From: Ramazzottius varieornatus | Lineage: Eukaryota; Animalia; Tardigrada | NCBI GenBank assembly: GCA_001949185.1 | Contig: BDGG01000010.1 | Span: 1,683,773-1,747,772, forward strand | Length of the DNA stretch: 64,000 bases | Reading direction: 5' to 3' | Part shown: positions 62,501 to 64,000 of the stretch, piece by piece | Numbering within the stretch: position 1 is the first letter of the stretch | Layout of the letters: each line of letters opens with the position of its first letter | The notes under the pieces: generated by a model | The model's input: the letters and a program-made list of their open reading frames with translations, nothing else | The model's database searches: none | What the model was told of the DNA's origin: nothing | Position numbers and translations under genes: made by a program

Positions 62501-64000
62501 TTCCTCTGTAGCTGCTGAAGTTGCGGACTTTCAAGCCGAGATACTCATGCTGACGAAATGGACAGGAGGGTGGAAAAAATGTTTCTATCGTTATCAAGCG
62601 TTGTAGGAAAGTGAAGGTATGTTTGTCTTTGCGTTCATTCAGAGGTGTTTCCCGCAACAAGGTTGGTTCGCAGCGTTAAATAATTTTGCGCTGCGATAAA
62701 GACAATTGTGCGGAGGTGCGATAGCGCGGCCAATAATCTGAAAAACAACATCTTATCAGAGTTTGCAGGCGAAACTGCTCATCAAACAGAAAAATATGCA
62801 ATACAAGTCTGATTGAGTAATTTTCTCCAAGCGAAGTCCATCGAAAAGTAAGCAAAAGGTCGGTCCTCCGCGATAGTTTACACGGATATGACTAATATGG
62901 CCGAACATTTTATTACACTGAGAAAAGTCCGTCTGGCTTTTCCTTCACCATGATCGTTCTAGAAAATACCTCTCGAAAAATAATCCACAAAAATTTCACG
63001 AAGGTACTTCTCAAAAGGACGCGATCTGATCGACACTCTGATGTGATGGATGATTAGTCAGGAAGAAATTAGAGGGAGCGAGTTCGACATGTCAACTCGG
63101 CAATCGTCAGGAGGGGACTCTCTTCCATAAAAAAGAGAAGACCTAATCCTCACACAGTACCAATAAGACCTCGATCAACACACAAAGGACAACAGTCTGC
63201 GAAGAGCTTGGAGGGACCAGCTTGATTGTATTACGTGCATATATGGATGGATACGTGCGTCGGTAAAAAGCAAGAAACAACTGGCTTGTTTTTCTACCCA
63301 CTGGAAACACGAAGCCATTACCTTCTCTCATGATCGCAGTAAGGACACCAACAGCATCCGCTACCCATTGGAATCAGGCACGTTTTCCAGCTTTTTCATG
63401 ACGTCAAACAATTTCTATTTTCTCCCTTCTTGTTGTTTTTGAGACCGTCTCAGTACTGTATAGCACCATGCACTGCACCGGCACAACAAAACGCCCAGCC
63501 AACCTTGCTCCCTTTTTTCTCATCAGCCGAATCACATGAGATATTATGTAGATTATATTTTCCAAAGAAAATCCACCGCATCCACACCGAGAAGGCAAAT
63601 TTTCGCGCTGGATGTCATCTTAGAACTGATCGAAATCGAATATTTTCGACTTACAAGTCAGCAACGACCTTCACAGGGTTCCCCGTTAACTATAAGGAGG
63701 AAAAGTTTCCGTAATGGTTCCGTCACCATTATGGTCGGGAAAGGAAAGAACAGAGACATGGATCCTTCCCCTGTGCGTTGAATGGATAAAAAACAGCGAG
63801 GCTGGGTGGAAACCAGTGAGACATTTCCAGGATGGTGGTAATTATTTTTCTCAGTAGCAGTCAGGAAGTTGGGAGCTCATTCGCTGGCATTGACTTCCGT
63901 CACGATCGCTCTTAAATATCACTAAAGCTGTATGGCTCAACCTGAATGGCCTGTTGATCATGAAATAAGGATACAACCAGCTTACCGACGCACACATCAA

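Noticed and set aside
62501-64000. Short ORFs upstream of hunchback
   Set aside because: No coding signatures; probably hb 5' UTR, intron or regulatory DNA that I cannot resolve.

Overview
Gene-dense eukaryotic (animal) genomic DNA with short GT-AG introns, mostly about 50-100 nt. The architecture and gene content suggest a compact ecdysozoan such as a tardigrade, but that taxon call is inference only. Recognisable host genes, in order: POC1, LDH, a phosphatase-less HD-PTP/PTPN23, selenoprotein T (in-frame TGA plus SECIS), NDUFB7, TTC39, an orphan Gly/Tyr-rich protein, a SMYD methyltransferase, TMEM129, an SLC17 transporter, FAM120, TMEM242, NDUFA1, pinocchio, profilin, IGBP1, MITD1, MTFMT and hunchback. 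NDUFA1 is absent from the ORF track and pinocchio is only partly in it; both were rebuilt by splicing by hand. Decayed DNA transposons include a Tigger/pogo element, a long-spacer DD85E Tc1/IS630 element with 233-bp TIRs nested inside a MITE, a Tc4/Tc5-like transposase, a hAT MITE carrying DRE motifs, a Harbinger/PHIS-like element and several small palindromic MITEs. The most unusual signal is a family of about 120-nt fold-back repeats seen six times, always inside introns. Other longer-than-average introns also contain stem-loops. No rRNA, tRNA or CRISPR array was supported.
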